Positions 46,956-55,021 of a stretch of DNA of 64,000 nt are shown in pieces (the first letter of the stretch is position 1; the number at the start of each line of letters is the position of its first letter). The position numbers and the translations under genes are program-made. Where the stretch lies: the IMG/VR virus record IMGVR_UViG_3300010222_000171, positions 4,817 through 68,816 of that record; one strand, 5' to 3'. The DNA comes from a virus. Below the pieces are notes generated by a model. The model was given only the letters and a program-made list of their open reading frames with translations. It made no database searches and had not been told where the DNA came from.

Positions 46956-47999
46956 ATGTCGGAAATCCCGAACGTTGCGACGGCGGCGGATAGTGCGGCA
47001 ACTACGCGGTTCGAGACTGTCGAAATCAGGGGAGTTGAAGCCTGTGACGACGGTTCGTACAACGTGACGCTAAACGTTGCAGGAATTAAGGACGCGCCCA
47101 CCTATCAGGAAACTGATGCGGACGAAACGGGGTCCCAGGATTGGGTCGATCACCCGGAACACCCGGACCCGAATCCCCGTGAAGACCCCGCAGGCGCGGA
47201 AGCGGACGACGACGACCACCACCCGGATGCGGGTGGCACTGACGGAATCCCCACCAGGACTGTTGAAGACAGGACTGAATGGCAGGTAGAGGGGCGCTAC
47301 CTCTCCTACAACGAACTTCAGAAGATGGTCGGCAATCTGGAGATTCCGTACCCCGACGACACTTCCGGGGAAAACCTCGCAGAAACCCTGAAAACGGCAG
47401 CCTCCGGCACTGAATCGGACGGCCAGGATTCCGAAGACGAACCCGATAAGGCCGGCGAGGCAGACACCCCCGCATCCGGGGGGTCCGGAAACGGCCAAAA
47501 GCGAACGACAGACGAGGGAAGGACGAAATGGAAGGTAGAAGGCCGCTGGATGGGCTACAACGGACTTCAGAAGGCAATCAGCAAGGAACAGCGGAAGAGC
47601 CTTCCCGACAGCAAGGGAGACACGCTGGCAGAGGCTCTCAGAGGCGACGAATCAGGCAGTACGGGGTCCGACGAGGACGACCCCGAATCCGGGGTCCCCT
47701 CTCAGGAGGAATTGATCGAACTGGGTGTCAAACCCGATGAGGCGGCCACCGTCCAGCGGTATCGGAAATACAATGGCTGCTGTGAAGTCGAAAACTGCCC
47801 CTACGGGGCAAACAAGGGGTCAGATCGCTGCTACGATCACGAGGACACCGACGTGGACCGGATCGATCCCCCGAAGAAATCGACGGCGGCAATCGAAGTG
47901 AGCTATGAGGATCTGACCGAAGGTCAGAAGCGGGCCGCACGCGACCTGGTGTCGGAGAACGAGGACATGGACCTCAAAGAAGCGGTCCAGAAGGTGTAA
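46956..47999 (+). CDS. first early protein, with two copies of a small helical domain and a C-terminal Cys/His finger
   Basis: WQVEGRYLSYNELQK and WKVEGRWMGYNGLQK repeats; CCEVENC...CYDH. TTTATATG promoter about 25 nt upstream. Confidence 0.8.
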   Translation: MSEIPNVATAADSAATTRFETVEIRGVEACDDGSYNVTLNVAGIKDAPTYQETDADETGSQDWVDHPEHPDPNPREDPAGAEADDDDHHPDAGGTDGIPTRTVEDRTEWQVEGRYLSYNELQKMVGNLEIPYPDDTSGENLAETLKTAASGTESDGQDSEDEPDKAGEADTPASGGSGNGQKRTTDEGRTKWKVEGRWMGYNGLQKAISKEQRKSLPDSKGDTLAEALRGDESGSTGSDEDDPESGVPSQEELIELGVKPDEAATVQRYRKYNGCCEVENCPYGANKGSDRCYDHEDTDVDRIDPPKKSTAAIEVSYEDLTEGQKRAARDLVSENEDMDLKEAVQKV

Positions 48000-48008
48000 G
48001 GTCGCAAA

Positions 48009-48033
48009 GACTCAACCCCTCTGGGGTTGAATC
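48009..48033 (+). promoter_or_regulatory. dyad promoter motif copy before a leaderless gene
   Basis: GACTCAA-N11-TTGAATC immediately followed by ATG 48034. Confidence 0.7.
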
Positions 48034-48495
48034 ATGAGGCATCTGCCGATGACCACCTTCGGTGGTGACGGTAAGGCACCGGACCGGAGCGGAATTACCC
48101 GAAGCGATGCAGGACGACACAACCTACCAATGTCCGACGAAACCAACGTCGAAGACGTTGCACAGTGCGAAACCACCAACAACGAAGCTGGCACCTCAAA
48201 AGGGTGGAAACAGAGGCTCGAAGAGCTTCCAGAGACGGAACCCGAGGGGCCGACGATCCGAGACGACGAAGCCGAACGGCTTCGGCAGAGCTTGCCGGAC
48301 CTGCCGACCAAAGATGAGGCAAAACTGGGAGAGCTGTTCAAGGTCCCCAAAGGCCAGTTTGAAGGCTGCTCCCTGATCGACAGCGAAACCCCCGCCCTTA
48401 TCGAGTTCCACAGTGAGGCTCGGAAAGGGCCGAAGGGTTCCACCGACCAGGAGGTTCGGGAGGCAATCGAAGCGGTCGAGGGGCGATGGCTATGA
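48034..48495 (+). CDS. hypothetical protein
   Basis: Acidic ORF starting at the promoter motif. Confidence 0.7.
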   Translation: MRHLPMTTFGGDGKAPDRSGITRSDAGRHNLPMSDETNVEDVAQCETTNNEAGTSKGWKQRLEELPETEPEGPTIRDDEAERLRQSLPDLPTKDEAKLGELFKVPKGQFEGCSLIDSETPALIEFHSEARKGPKGSTDQEVREAIEAVEGRWL

Positions 48496-48749
48496 CGGAT
48501 CTCGAAAAGGGCAAAGCGACCATCGAGGCGCTGGACAAGGAGCCCGAAGGGAACGGCCCCCATGACAACAGGGCCGAAGAACTCGAAGACTGGTACGAGC
48601 ACTACATGGCAATTTCGGTCGAAGAGCTGGCGCTGGACTTCATGCTACGGGAGGCTTGCGAAGACGGTGAACCCCCGTTAGCTATGAGGATTGCAGCAGA
48701 GGACCGCATCCAAGAGGCAAAGGGGGCCTTGATGGGAGGAGGCGAATGA
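48486..48749 (+). CDS. hypothetical protein
   Basis: Acidic helical ORF. Confidence 0.7.
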   Translation: MAMTDLEKGKATIEALDKEPEGNGPHDNRAEELEDWYEHYMAISVEELALDFMLREACEDGEPPLAMRIAAEDRIQEAKGALMGGGE

Positions 48750-49018
48750 CGGACCTCGAACAAACCTTCGACATATCAAGGAACCCTTCGGACTACAGAC
48801 CATCGAATCACGTCTTCCAGCGAAAGAAAGAGCGACGAATGATCGACTACGACATCATTGGTGAGGCTATCGAAGATGGTGACGTGGTCGAAGTAGACCA
48901 AAACGACAACGGGAAACATGATGCCGTGATCCATTACGATTGGCTAAACTCGACGTTTAGGGTCGTAGTGGGAATTGAAGAGTGCATAGTTGAATCGGCC
49001 TACGAGATCCGAACGTAG
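48746..49018 (+). CDS. DUF4258-like (RelE/BrnT-fold) protein
   Basis: SNHVFQRKKER..IDYDIIGEAIEDG...FRVVV...IVESAY pattern. Confidence 0.6.
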   Translation: MTDLEQTFDISRNPSDYRPSNHVFQRKKERRMIDYDIIGEAIEDGDVVEVDQNDNGKHDAVIHYDWLNSTFRVVVGIEECIVESAYEIRT

Positions 49019-49022
49019 CAAA

Positions 49023-49046
49023 GACTTAACCCGTAAGGATTGAGTC
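49023..49046 (+). promoter_or_regulatory. dyad promoter motif copy
   Basis: GACTTAA-N10-TTGAGTC. Confidence 0.7.
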
Positions 49047-49047
49047 G

Positions 49048-49096
49048 TAAGCCAACTTCGGTCCCCTAACGGGGATTGGGGTTGGCTTTTTTTTTT
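49048..49096 (+). ncRNA. about 50-nt single-hairpin small RNA ending in T10
   Basis: 17-bp stem 49050-49066/49071-49087 with four G-U pairs, between the promoter motif and a T10 tract. Confidence 0.55.
49087..49096 (+). terminator. oligo-T terminator
   Basis: T10 directly after the hairpin. Confidence 0.65.
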
Positions 49097-49443
49097 GGTT
49101 CAAGTAATACCCCCACCACCCTCGGGTCTACCCTATAAGGGTGCCCCCCGTTTTGGGTGGCTACCACTGAGTAATATAACAGAGTCATACCAAGAGAAAC
49201 CGGCAGCGTTTGCTTGGAGCGAAACCAGATCACATACGCGCAAGGTGTACCGCAAGGTTTGAGCAGTCTCAAGTCTTCTATTGCCAGTTTTCGATACTGA
49301 GAGTTTAAGTCAGATATTAGAGAAAATTACGAGTATAGTCAGAGAAAAATTAAATTACCTGTGGTTATCGTAGGAGAAAAATCGCAAGACGGCAGCCGGA
49401 TTTCTATATCGACAGATATAAGTGTTAGTGGAAAAAACTCAGA

Positions 49444-50600
49444 GACACCTCGCTCCCGCACGGGGAGCTTGACCTCCTCGGCCCCACGCGCGGTACTGTG
49501 TGGGACGCCGAGGTGGTCCCCCTTGCCCGTATAAAGGCAAAGGTGGGAGGTTTCAGGGCCTTTGGCCCTTGCACGATACGCCCTTCGGGGTGTTCGGGCT
49601 TCTACCCGTAGCCTCGAAGGATAAATGGACGTGCCTTCGGACCAAGGCTGGTCCCTTTGGGACCTCGCTAATGTTAAGAAGGACTCAAGCGGGACGGTGA
49701 CAATGTACATCCCCTTCCGGGGATGGCGTGCCAGTCGCCGCCGAATATCTAAAGACCCCTGGGGCTTCTCCCCCGAAGTGAGGGGGTCGAGTTCGACCCA
49801 AATCCCTTCGTGTTAAGCAAGTTCATGTCGCGGTCTTCGGAAGAAGGCCTTGAAGTGAATCCCAATCTCGGCCCGGAGAGGTGATCGGTAATCTCGAAAG
49901 GGTATGAAGGGACGAAAGCAGAGAAGCTTCAGGGAATCGCGGGAGCCATGAGCGGTAGCTCATAGACAGCCCCATTATGGACCTCAAGGAGTCGAAGACT
50001 CGAACTGCAAAGTAAGACTCTTTGGCCCCGTAAGGGGACCGCCAGCCTTCCCTCCACCGAAAGGGGAGGCGGTATAAACTTCGGAGGGATTTATTAGAAC
50101 CCCCGAAGGGACCAGATGGCATTCCGAGTGAAGCTGACTCTTCTTTACTACGGAATCAAGCCGACGAAGACCGAACGACTCAGAGAGTCGAAGATGGCAC
50201 CGTGACAGAGCCAAAAACAGCCACGGGAAACCGGACGCTGAAGCTTTGGGAGAAGGTTCCGAGAGGAGTTCCGGCCTAAAGTGGAGTTCGGGCAATGGTC
50301 GTAGGATCAAGAATCCTCCCGATGAAGGGAGTTAGCCACTGACACCAATACGACCTAAGACGACTGGCGGAACGGAGGCTATTTCACTACGGTTCCTTCC
50401 GAAGCAAAGGGAGGAATAGCGAACGAGAAGCCAAGAGATAGCTTCAGCCTCTTACGGCGATGAAGTCACGCAACTGGTCAAAGCCGAGAGACAGCTTTGC
50501 CGGTTAGGGTTCGGAGGGATCGACCCTTCGGCCCCCGGCCCCCGATCCCCTCCGGGGAACCCTATGAGGGGGGTGACGCTGCTCTACTTAGTGAGCAGCA
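49444..50600 (+). ncRNA. candidate large (about 1.15 kb) structured noncoding RNA
   Basis: No acidic ORF. About 20 hairpins with UUCG/GNRA loops and plus-strand G-U pairs. TATA-like GATATAAG at 49415-49422. Confidence 0.6.
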
Positions 50601-50611
50601 CCTTTGGACCA

Positions 50612-51760
50612 ATGGATCTGAGCCAGACCCTTGCCGCAGAGCAGAGTACCGAAACCGAAGCCACCGCCGACAGCAGCGGCGGCAGCGACACCTCGGAATC
50701 AGAGATTCCGTTCGAGCCGAACGAAGGAACAGAGGGATACTTCCTCTTCTCCGAAGGGGGATCGCTCTGTACCGGAGTCACCGAAGACATCTACGGTTAC
50801 GACAGAGTGACGCAGCACCTCTCCTGGGGTGACAGCCTCGAAGACCTCGAAGAAGCTGGAAGTATCGAAGACTTCTGTGACGGCGCGGAGCTTGCCAAGC
50901 AGCAGAAGCTCAACCTCCTGTGGCTTCTGACGAAAGGCACCTTCGGTGCCATCCAGGGAGAGAAGAACGAAGGCTACGGCATGGGGTGGAACTCCGACCA
51001 CACCCCCCCTTCGATCTACGACAACGACGCCGTAGACCACGTTCCCTACCTCGATGTCTACAGCGACCTCCCAGCCTTCGACCACGAAACCCTCTCCGAC
51101 GAAGAGATCGAGGAACTGGAAGACCCCAACATGGAGGGTAGCGAAGGACTCGACATGGACAACTACGGTTCTTTGGACCGGGGTCCTGTCCTGCCTCGAA
51201 TCAACGGGGAACGGCTTCCCATCGTTGTCGAAGATGGCAACGAGGTTCAGAAGTTCCTGAAAGCGATAGACAGTATCGACTTCGATGAAATCACCTACTG
51301 TCCAGAGGACGGCGACCTTCAGGGGACACCGAGCCTCGGTCCTTCTGACGAAACCGATGAGGCCGTCGATGCCGAAGACAACACCTCTTCTGAAACTGAC
51401 TACGCCGACTTCAACCTCGCAGCAAACCCGGAAAAGGTAACGGAAGTTAGGACGAAGGCCCTTCGGGGTGACAACGGTTCCCCGGAGCAGCTTCACGTTT
51501 CTAACATCGATTCGCTCCGGACCATTCAGACAATGCTTCGGGCCGAACAGGAAGGCCCCCACCGTAGCTCCGCCATCGAACGGATCGAACAGCGGCGGAA
51601 CGCTCTTCAGAGCGGAGAAGAGAGCGAAGCCACCGAAGACAGCGACGACAGTGAAGAGTCGGAGTGGACCGAAGCCGACAAAGAACTCATGACGACCCTC
51701 ATCGAGTCGGGCCGAGCCGAAGATCTCAACGATGCGAAGCAGCAGATCGCTGCTCTGTAG
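50612..51760 (+). CDS. very acidic hypothetical protein
   Basis: Long ORF; likely start ATG 50612 after the last hairpin of the RNA. Confidence 0.8.
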   Translation: MDLSQTLAAEQSTETEATADSSGGSDTSESEIPFEPNEGTEGYFLFSEGGSLCTGVTEDIYGYDRVTQHLSWGDSLEDLEEAGSIEDFCDGAELAKQQKLNLLWLLTKGTFGAIQGEKNEGYGMGWNSDHTPPSIYDNDAVDHVPYLDVYSDLPAFDHETLSDEEIEELEDPNMEGSEGLDMDNYGSLDRGPVLPRINGERLPIVVEDGNEVQKFLKAIDSIDFDEITYCPEDGDLQGTPSLGPSDETDEAVDAEDNTSSETDYADFNLAANPEKVTEVRTKALRGDNGSPEQLHVSNIDSLRTIQTMLRAEQEGPHRSSAIERIEQRRNALQSGEESEATEDSDDSEESEWTEADKELMTTLIESGRAEDLNDAKQQIAAL

Positions 51761-51789
51761 CGGCGAAGTCTGTAGTCGAAAAACATAAA

Positions 51790-51813
51790 GACTTGGAATA
51801 GCTATCTTGAGTC
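51790..51813 (+). promoter_or_regulatory. dyad promoter motif copy
   Basis: GACTTGG-N10-TTGAGTC. Confidence 0.65.
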
Positions 51814-51816
51814 ATA

Positions 51817-51892
51817 GGTCCGGCGGGGTAGTGCCCCCTTCGGTTCGAGACTGACCGGACTCTTGCGGTGCAGTGCAGTGCAGAACGGAGGA
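51817..51892 (+). ncRNA. structured 5' leader (tRNA-like or HDV-like fold)
   Basis: GGTCCGG/CCGGACT 7-bp stem enclosing a GGGG/CCCC hairpin and a TCGG-TTCGAGA-CTGA arm. Confidence 0.45.
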
Positions 51893-51899
51893 CGTACAA

Positions 51900-52097
51900 A
51901 TGCCAGGATACCACAGCAGCGAAGGATACCGAAACGAACCGCTTGACGACAGAGACAGCGACGATCCGGAGTTCGAGGTGATTCCCGAATTTTCCAGTAA
52001 CACCGACTTCGGTGGCGAAGACCCCGCCATTGCTGACTCTGATCCCTATTCAGAGATGGCCCCGGCTTGGGACCTCGTAGAGAGGAATGACGTATGA
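51900..52097 (+). CDS. acidic microprotein
   Basis: GGAGG ribosome-binding site upstream of ATG 51900. Confidence 0.65.
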   Translation: MPGYHSSEGYRNEPLDDRDSDDPEFEVIPEFSSNTDFGGEDPAIADSDPYSEMAPAWDLVERNDV

Positions 52098-52216
52098 ATC
52101 TGAGAGACCACCTGGACGAAGAAATGCTGGAAGAGATGCTGGAAGAGATCGAAGAGAAGAAAAAGAAATCGAAGCGGGACAAAACGAAGTACGGCTCAAT
52201 GCTCAACGATGAGTGA
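52094..52216 (+). CDS. 40-aa charged microprotein
   Basis: ATGA overlap with the upstream stop; end overlaps the next start. Confidence 0.55.
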   Translation: MNLRDHLDEEMLEEMLEEIEEKKKKSKRDKTKYGSMLNDE

Positions 52217-52400
52217 CAATTCAACGTGGCAGTACGAAGTCGATACAGTTCAACGGGGCGGAATAACGGCGACGACCTTATCGCGTCGACATGGCGAAGT
52301 GAGCTATCCTGATGCCAGTGATGGTGACGCTCCGAATGACCAACACGATGAGGGGGACGACAACTTCGATCACCTCGGAATCCCTACTGGAGACTTCTGA
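52209..52400 (+). CDS. hypothetical protein
   Basis: Coupled ORF. Confidence 0.55.
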   Translation: MSDNSTWQYEVDTVQRGGITATTLSRRHGEVSYPDASDGDAPNDQHDEGDDNFDHLGIPTGDF

Positions 52401-52667
52401 ATGACACATTCAGATTACTATAGCTCAAAGAACCGGAATCAAGAACAGGAAATGAAAGAAATGCGAAGGATCGCCGCCGTTCTCGATGATTTCGTAGTGA
52501 AGTTCGATTTCAGAGGACTAACAGTAGAGCGAAGCGGCGACTCAATCCGAGTTCGGTCGAAGGACGGTAATGTTCTCGGCGGTTCAATGCTTATGGAATC
52601 TGCCTCAGTCTTGGAAATTTTCGATTGGCTCGAAAACAAAGCAGAATACTACGGTGACAACCAATGA
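52401..52667 (+). CDS. hypothetical protein
   Basis: Coupled ORF. Confidence 0.65.
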   Translation: MTHSDYYSSKNRNQEQEMKEMRRIAAVLDDFVVKFDFRGLTVERSGDSIRVRSKDGNVLGGSMLMESASVLEIFDWLENKAEYYGDNQ

Positions 52668-53152
52668 CAGATTTCGACAACTTCGACAGCAGAATCGTGT
52701 ACGACATGGAAGGGTGGATGCAAGAAAAGGTCGACACCGACCAGTTCACCAGAGCTACCGAAGCGACAGTGAAAACGAAAGCTAATCTGGTATATGATGA
52801 AGTGCTTCGGACAAACATCATTAACCTGGACGGGTTCCTTCATGGAACCTGGAGTGAACGAATCACCAACGAAATTGATCTCGGTAATAGGAAAACATTC
52901 GTCATAGACTTCAGAGAAGTAACGGCTAACCTTGATCTCCGAACCGATGAGCTGGTCAAAGCGGCAGAATCGAGGGCTGCCGAAGATAATAGCAAAGCTG
53001 CCTACGTGTTAGGGAACTGGGTTTACATTGCAAGGAAAGCAGATCACATACCTTCGGCACTTGCTATCGAAACTGCCTTCGAGCGAGTCAGTCAGCAACC
53101 CGATCAGCCTGACGATGCGACTAACGAAGAGCTCGGTGGGGGAAAGTATTAG
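52664..53152 (+). CDS. hypothetical protein
   Basis: Acidic ORF with ATGA overlap. Confidence 0.75.
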   Translation: MTDFDNFDSRIVYDMEGWMQEKVDTDQFTRATEATVKTKANLVYDEVLRTNIINLDGFLHGTWSERITNEIDLGNRKTFVIDFREVTANLDLRTDELVKAAESRAAEDNSKAAYVLGNWVYIARKADHIPSALAIETAFERVSQQPDQPDDATNEELGGGKY

Positions 53153-53156
53153 AAAA

Positions 53157-53741
53157 ATGGGAATCGACCTAAGCGAAACCATCGAAGCCGAGTGTAACGA
53201 CACTGAAAACACATCAAACGAAGCCCCGACTTTCGGTGATGAAATGTCATCGAAAGAGCTACAAGAGGCTTGTAGAGAGTATGCAGAGTGGGCTGTCGAA
53301 GCCTACGACACATTCGATGAGGCGGAGTTAGAAACAGTGACGGTCCAAGTTTCAAAGAGGCTGAAGCGCGCTGCTGGAAAGGCTGGCAAATCACAAAACG
53401 CCCCGACGCAGTTCTTCATGCGATTTGCTTGGAAAGCATACCAAAAATGGGGATGGGGGCGGCAATTCGAGGAAACAATTCGGCACGAACTTATTCACAT
53501 CAAGCAATACCAACAAACGGGAAGTGGGGGTCACGGCCCCGATTTCCGTCTCATGGCTGACGAAGTTGATGCCCCACGGCATTGTAGTCAGTTCCATGTA
53601 CACAAATACGGGATTTTCTGCTCAGAGTGTGACGATATGGTCACTGGACGCTTTCAGGAATGTAAAATGACCCGAAACCCGGAAAAGACAAGTAAAATCT
53701 CGAAGTGCTGTGGCGCTGACCTCTACTCGAAGGAACTTTAG
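53157..53741 (+). CDS. SprT-like zinc metalloprotease with zinc ribbon
   Basis: TIRHELIH (HExxH), GHGPDF and CSECDD...KCCG. Confidence 0.85.
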   Translation: MGIDLSETIEAECNDTENTSNEAPTFGDEMSSKELQEACREYAEWAVEAYDTFDEAELETVTVQVSKRLKRAAGKAGKSQNAPTQFFMRFAWKAYQKWGWGRQFEETIRHELIHIKQYQQTGSGGHGPDFRLMADEVDAPRHCSQFHVHKYGIFCSECDDMVTGRFQECKMTRNPEKTSKISKCCGADLYSKEL

Positions 53742-53753
53742 AACGAAGGCAAA

Positions 53754-53778
53754 GACTTATTATTCCAGGGATTAAGTC
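53754..53778 (+). promoter_or_regulatory. dyad promoter motif copy upstream of hammerhead A
   Basis: GACTTAT-N11-TTAAGTC. Confidence 0.7.
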
Positions 53779-53784
53779 TTAGAA

Positions 53785-53879
53785 TGGGCGAAAGGCTCTT
53801 GCTTGGAGCCTCGGATCGAGCTGGCCGCCGATCCCGCGAAGGCCCCTTATCGGTTTGGGGTCGGATGATGCCCATGGCC
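53785..53879 (+). ncRNA. type II hammerhead ribozyme A, variant core with inserted hairpin
   Basis: Stem II TGGGC/GCCCA, GAAA, stem III GGCTC/GAGCC, UC site at 53811-12, stem I GGATCG/CGATCC, core C-[insert]-GATGA and a pseudoknot. Confidence 0.6.
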
Positions 53880-53913
53880 CCAGAATGGGACGCAACCTAA
53901 CGGGGAAACAAAA

Positions 53914-54150
53914 ATGAACCAAGAACTACCAGAGAATTTCGGAACTATCGAAAAATCAGATGGAGTGTCAGAGATTACACCCTACATGGGATCATACGCC
54001 GATTTCAGCATCATAATGCGTCGGCCCATGAAGACTGAGATCAGGGTGTACTATCTTCGGAACCTCCGAGAAGACTGGGAATGGGTCGAAGATAGGTACG
54101 ACAAAGAACACGAAGAGGGGTTCATCCTGTTGAAGCGGAAGGCGAACTAA
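53914..54150 (+). CDS. hypothetical protein
   Basis: First ORF after hammerhead A. Confidence 0.7.
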   Translation: MNQELPENFGTIEKSDGVSEITPYMGSYADFSIIMRRPMKTEIRVYYLRNLREDWEWVEDRYDKEHEEGFILLKRKAN

Positions 54151-54518
54151 TGAAAAGTGAAGACACCGCCGAAGAAACAAACCCGGATGACCCCCACTTC
54201 GGGGAGAGCACCCTCGATGGACCAAGGGCCAGCGTATCCTTCTACGTTCGGAGGCCCCTTAACGACTATACCGAACTCGAAGAGGTATTTGAGTTCTACG
54301 TGACTGAACCCTACTATGACCAGGCAGAGCGTAGCGGGGTTCCGGGAGTCCGGTACTATATTACTATGGAAGCAAGAACCGGACGGCCCGGAGTGGATAA
54401 CGAAAAGTTCAAAGACGGAGTAATGCCGATTCACAAAATCCCTGACGAAGTGAAGTACCGAGCGAAGAGGATTCTGGACTTTGTGGAGTTCCCACCTAAC
54501 GGAGAACAAGATGAGTGA
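54150..54518 (+). CDS. hypothetical protein
   Basis: TAATG overlap. Confidence 0.7.
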   Translation: MKSEDTAEETNPDDPHFGESTLDGPRASVSFYVRRPLNDYTELEEVFEFYVTEPYYDQAERSGVPGVRYYITMEARTGRPGVDNEKFKDGVMPIHKIPDEVKYRAKRILDFVEFPPNGEQDE

Positions 54519-54666
54519 CGCTGCTAATCCCATTGGAGACGGCGAAGCAGAGTTCTGTGACAATTGCGGCGAAGCGTATCGGCATAGATCTGTCCTCCCT
54601 GGCGGCATTTGGAACGATTACTGTCCAACCTGTCTTGAAGACTACATGAACCGTGATCCAAAATAG
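54511..54666 (+). CDS. zinc-finger microprotein
   Basis: CDNCG...CPTC. Confidence 0.7.
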   Translation: MSDAANPIGDGEAEFCDNCGEAYRHRSVLPGGIWNDYCPTCLEDYMNRDPK

Positions 54667-54674
54667 CATACACG

Positions 54675-54779
54675 ATGAGTGAATCCTGCAACCACTGTGA
54701 TGCTACATTCAGTGGAATGTTTGCCGAAGAGAAGCTACGAGAACACAATAATAGACACCATTCAACACAAGCACTATGA
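54675..54779 (+). CDS. C2H2-like microprotein (34 aa)
   Basis: CNHC...HNNRHH; ATGA overlap. Confidence 0.55.
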   Translation: MSESCNHCDATFSGMFAEEKLREHNNRHHSTQAL

Positions 54780-55021
54780 CAGATCTTCACCCAACCAGAT
54801 TCTTCGAGGCATCGAGTAATACAATCGAGTACCTCATCGAAGAATGGGCTGATGATGAAGAAGAAAAACTGCTTCGAGAGGCTGGTGAGTTAATCACTGA
54901 AGCTGAAGGAGATATATTTGAGCAAAGAAAATGTCCTGATTGCTCAAAAGTGGTTTTCGGGACAGATGTAAAGGATGCAAATACTCGATTCAAAGATCAC
55001 CAATCAGCAATTCACAAATGA
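54776..55021 (+). CDS. hypothetical protein with C2H2-like C-terminus
   Basis: CPDC...HQSAIH. Confidence 0.65.
   Translation: MTDLHPTRFFEASSNTIEYLIEEWADDEEEKLLREAGELITEAEGDIFEQRKCPDCSKVVFGTDVKDANTRFKDHQSAIHK

Noticed and set aside
49190-49280. Hammerhead-like GAGCGAAACC...GGTTT
   Set aside because: No CUGANGA core in a compatible position.
49339-50832. ORFs 49339-49710, 49500-49700, 49625-49816, 49823-50122, 49984-50310 and 50497-50832
   Set aside because: They are R/P/S/G-rich, not acidic, overlap on both strands and have no coupling to neighbours. They are better explained as chance ORFs in GC-rich structured RNA.
51817-51892. Firm call as an HDV-like ribozyme
   Set aside because: The L3 consensus and the P1.1 GG/CC pair are absent, so it is reported only as an ambiguous structured leader.
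52395-52415. Inverted repeat CTGAATG-ACA-CATTCAG over the 52401 start codon
   Set aside because: A single 7-bp occurrence could be chance, and no second copy was found.
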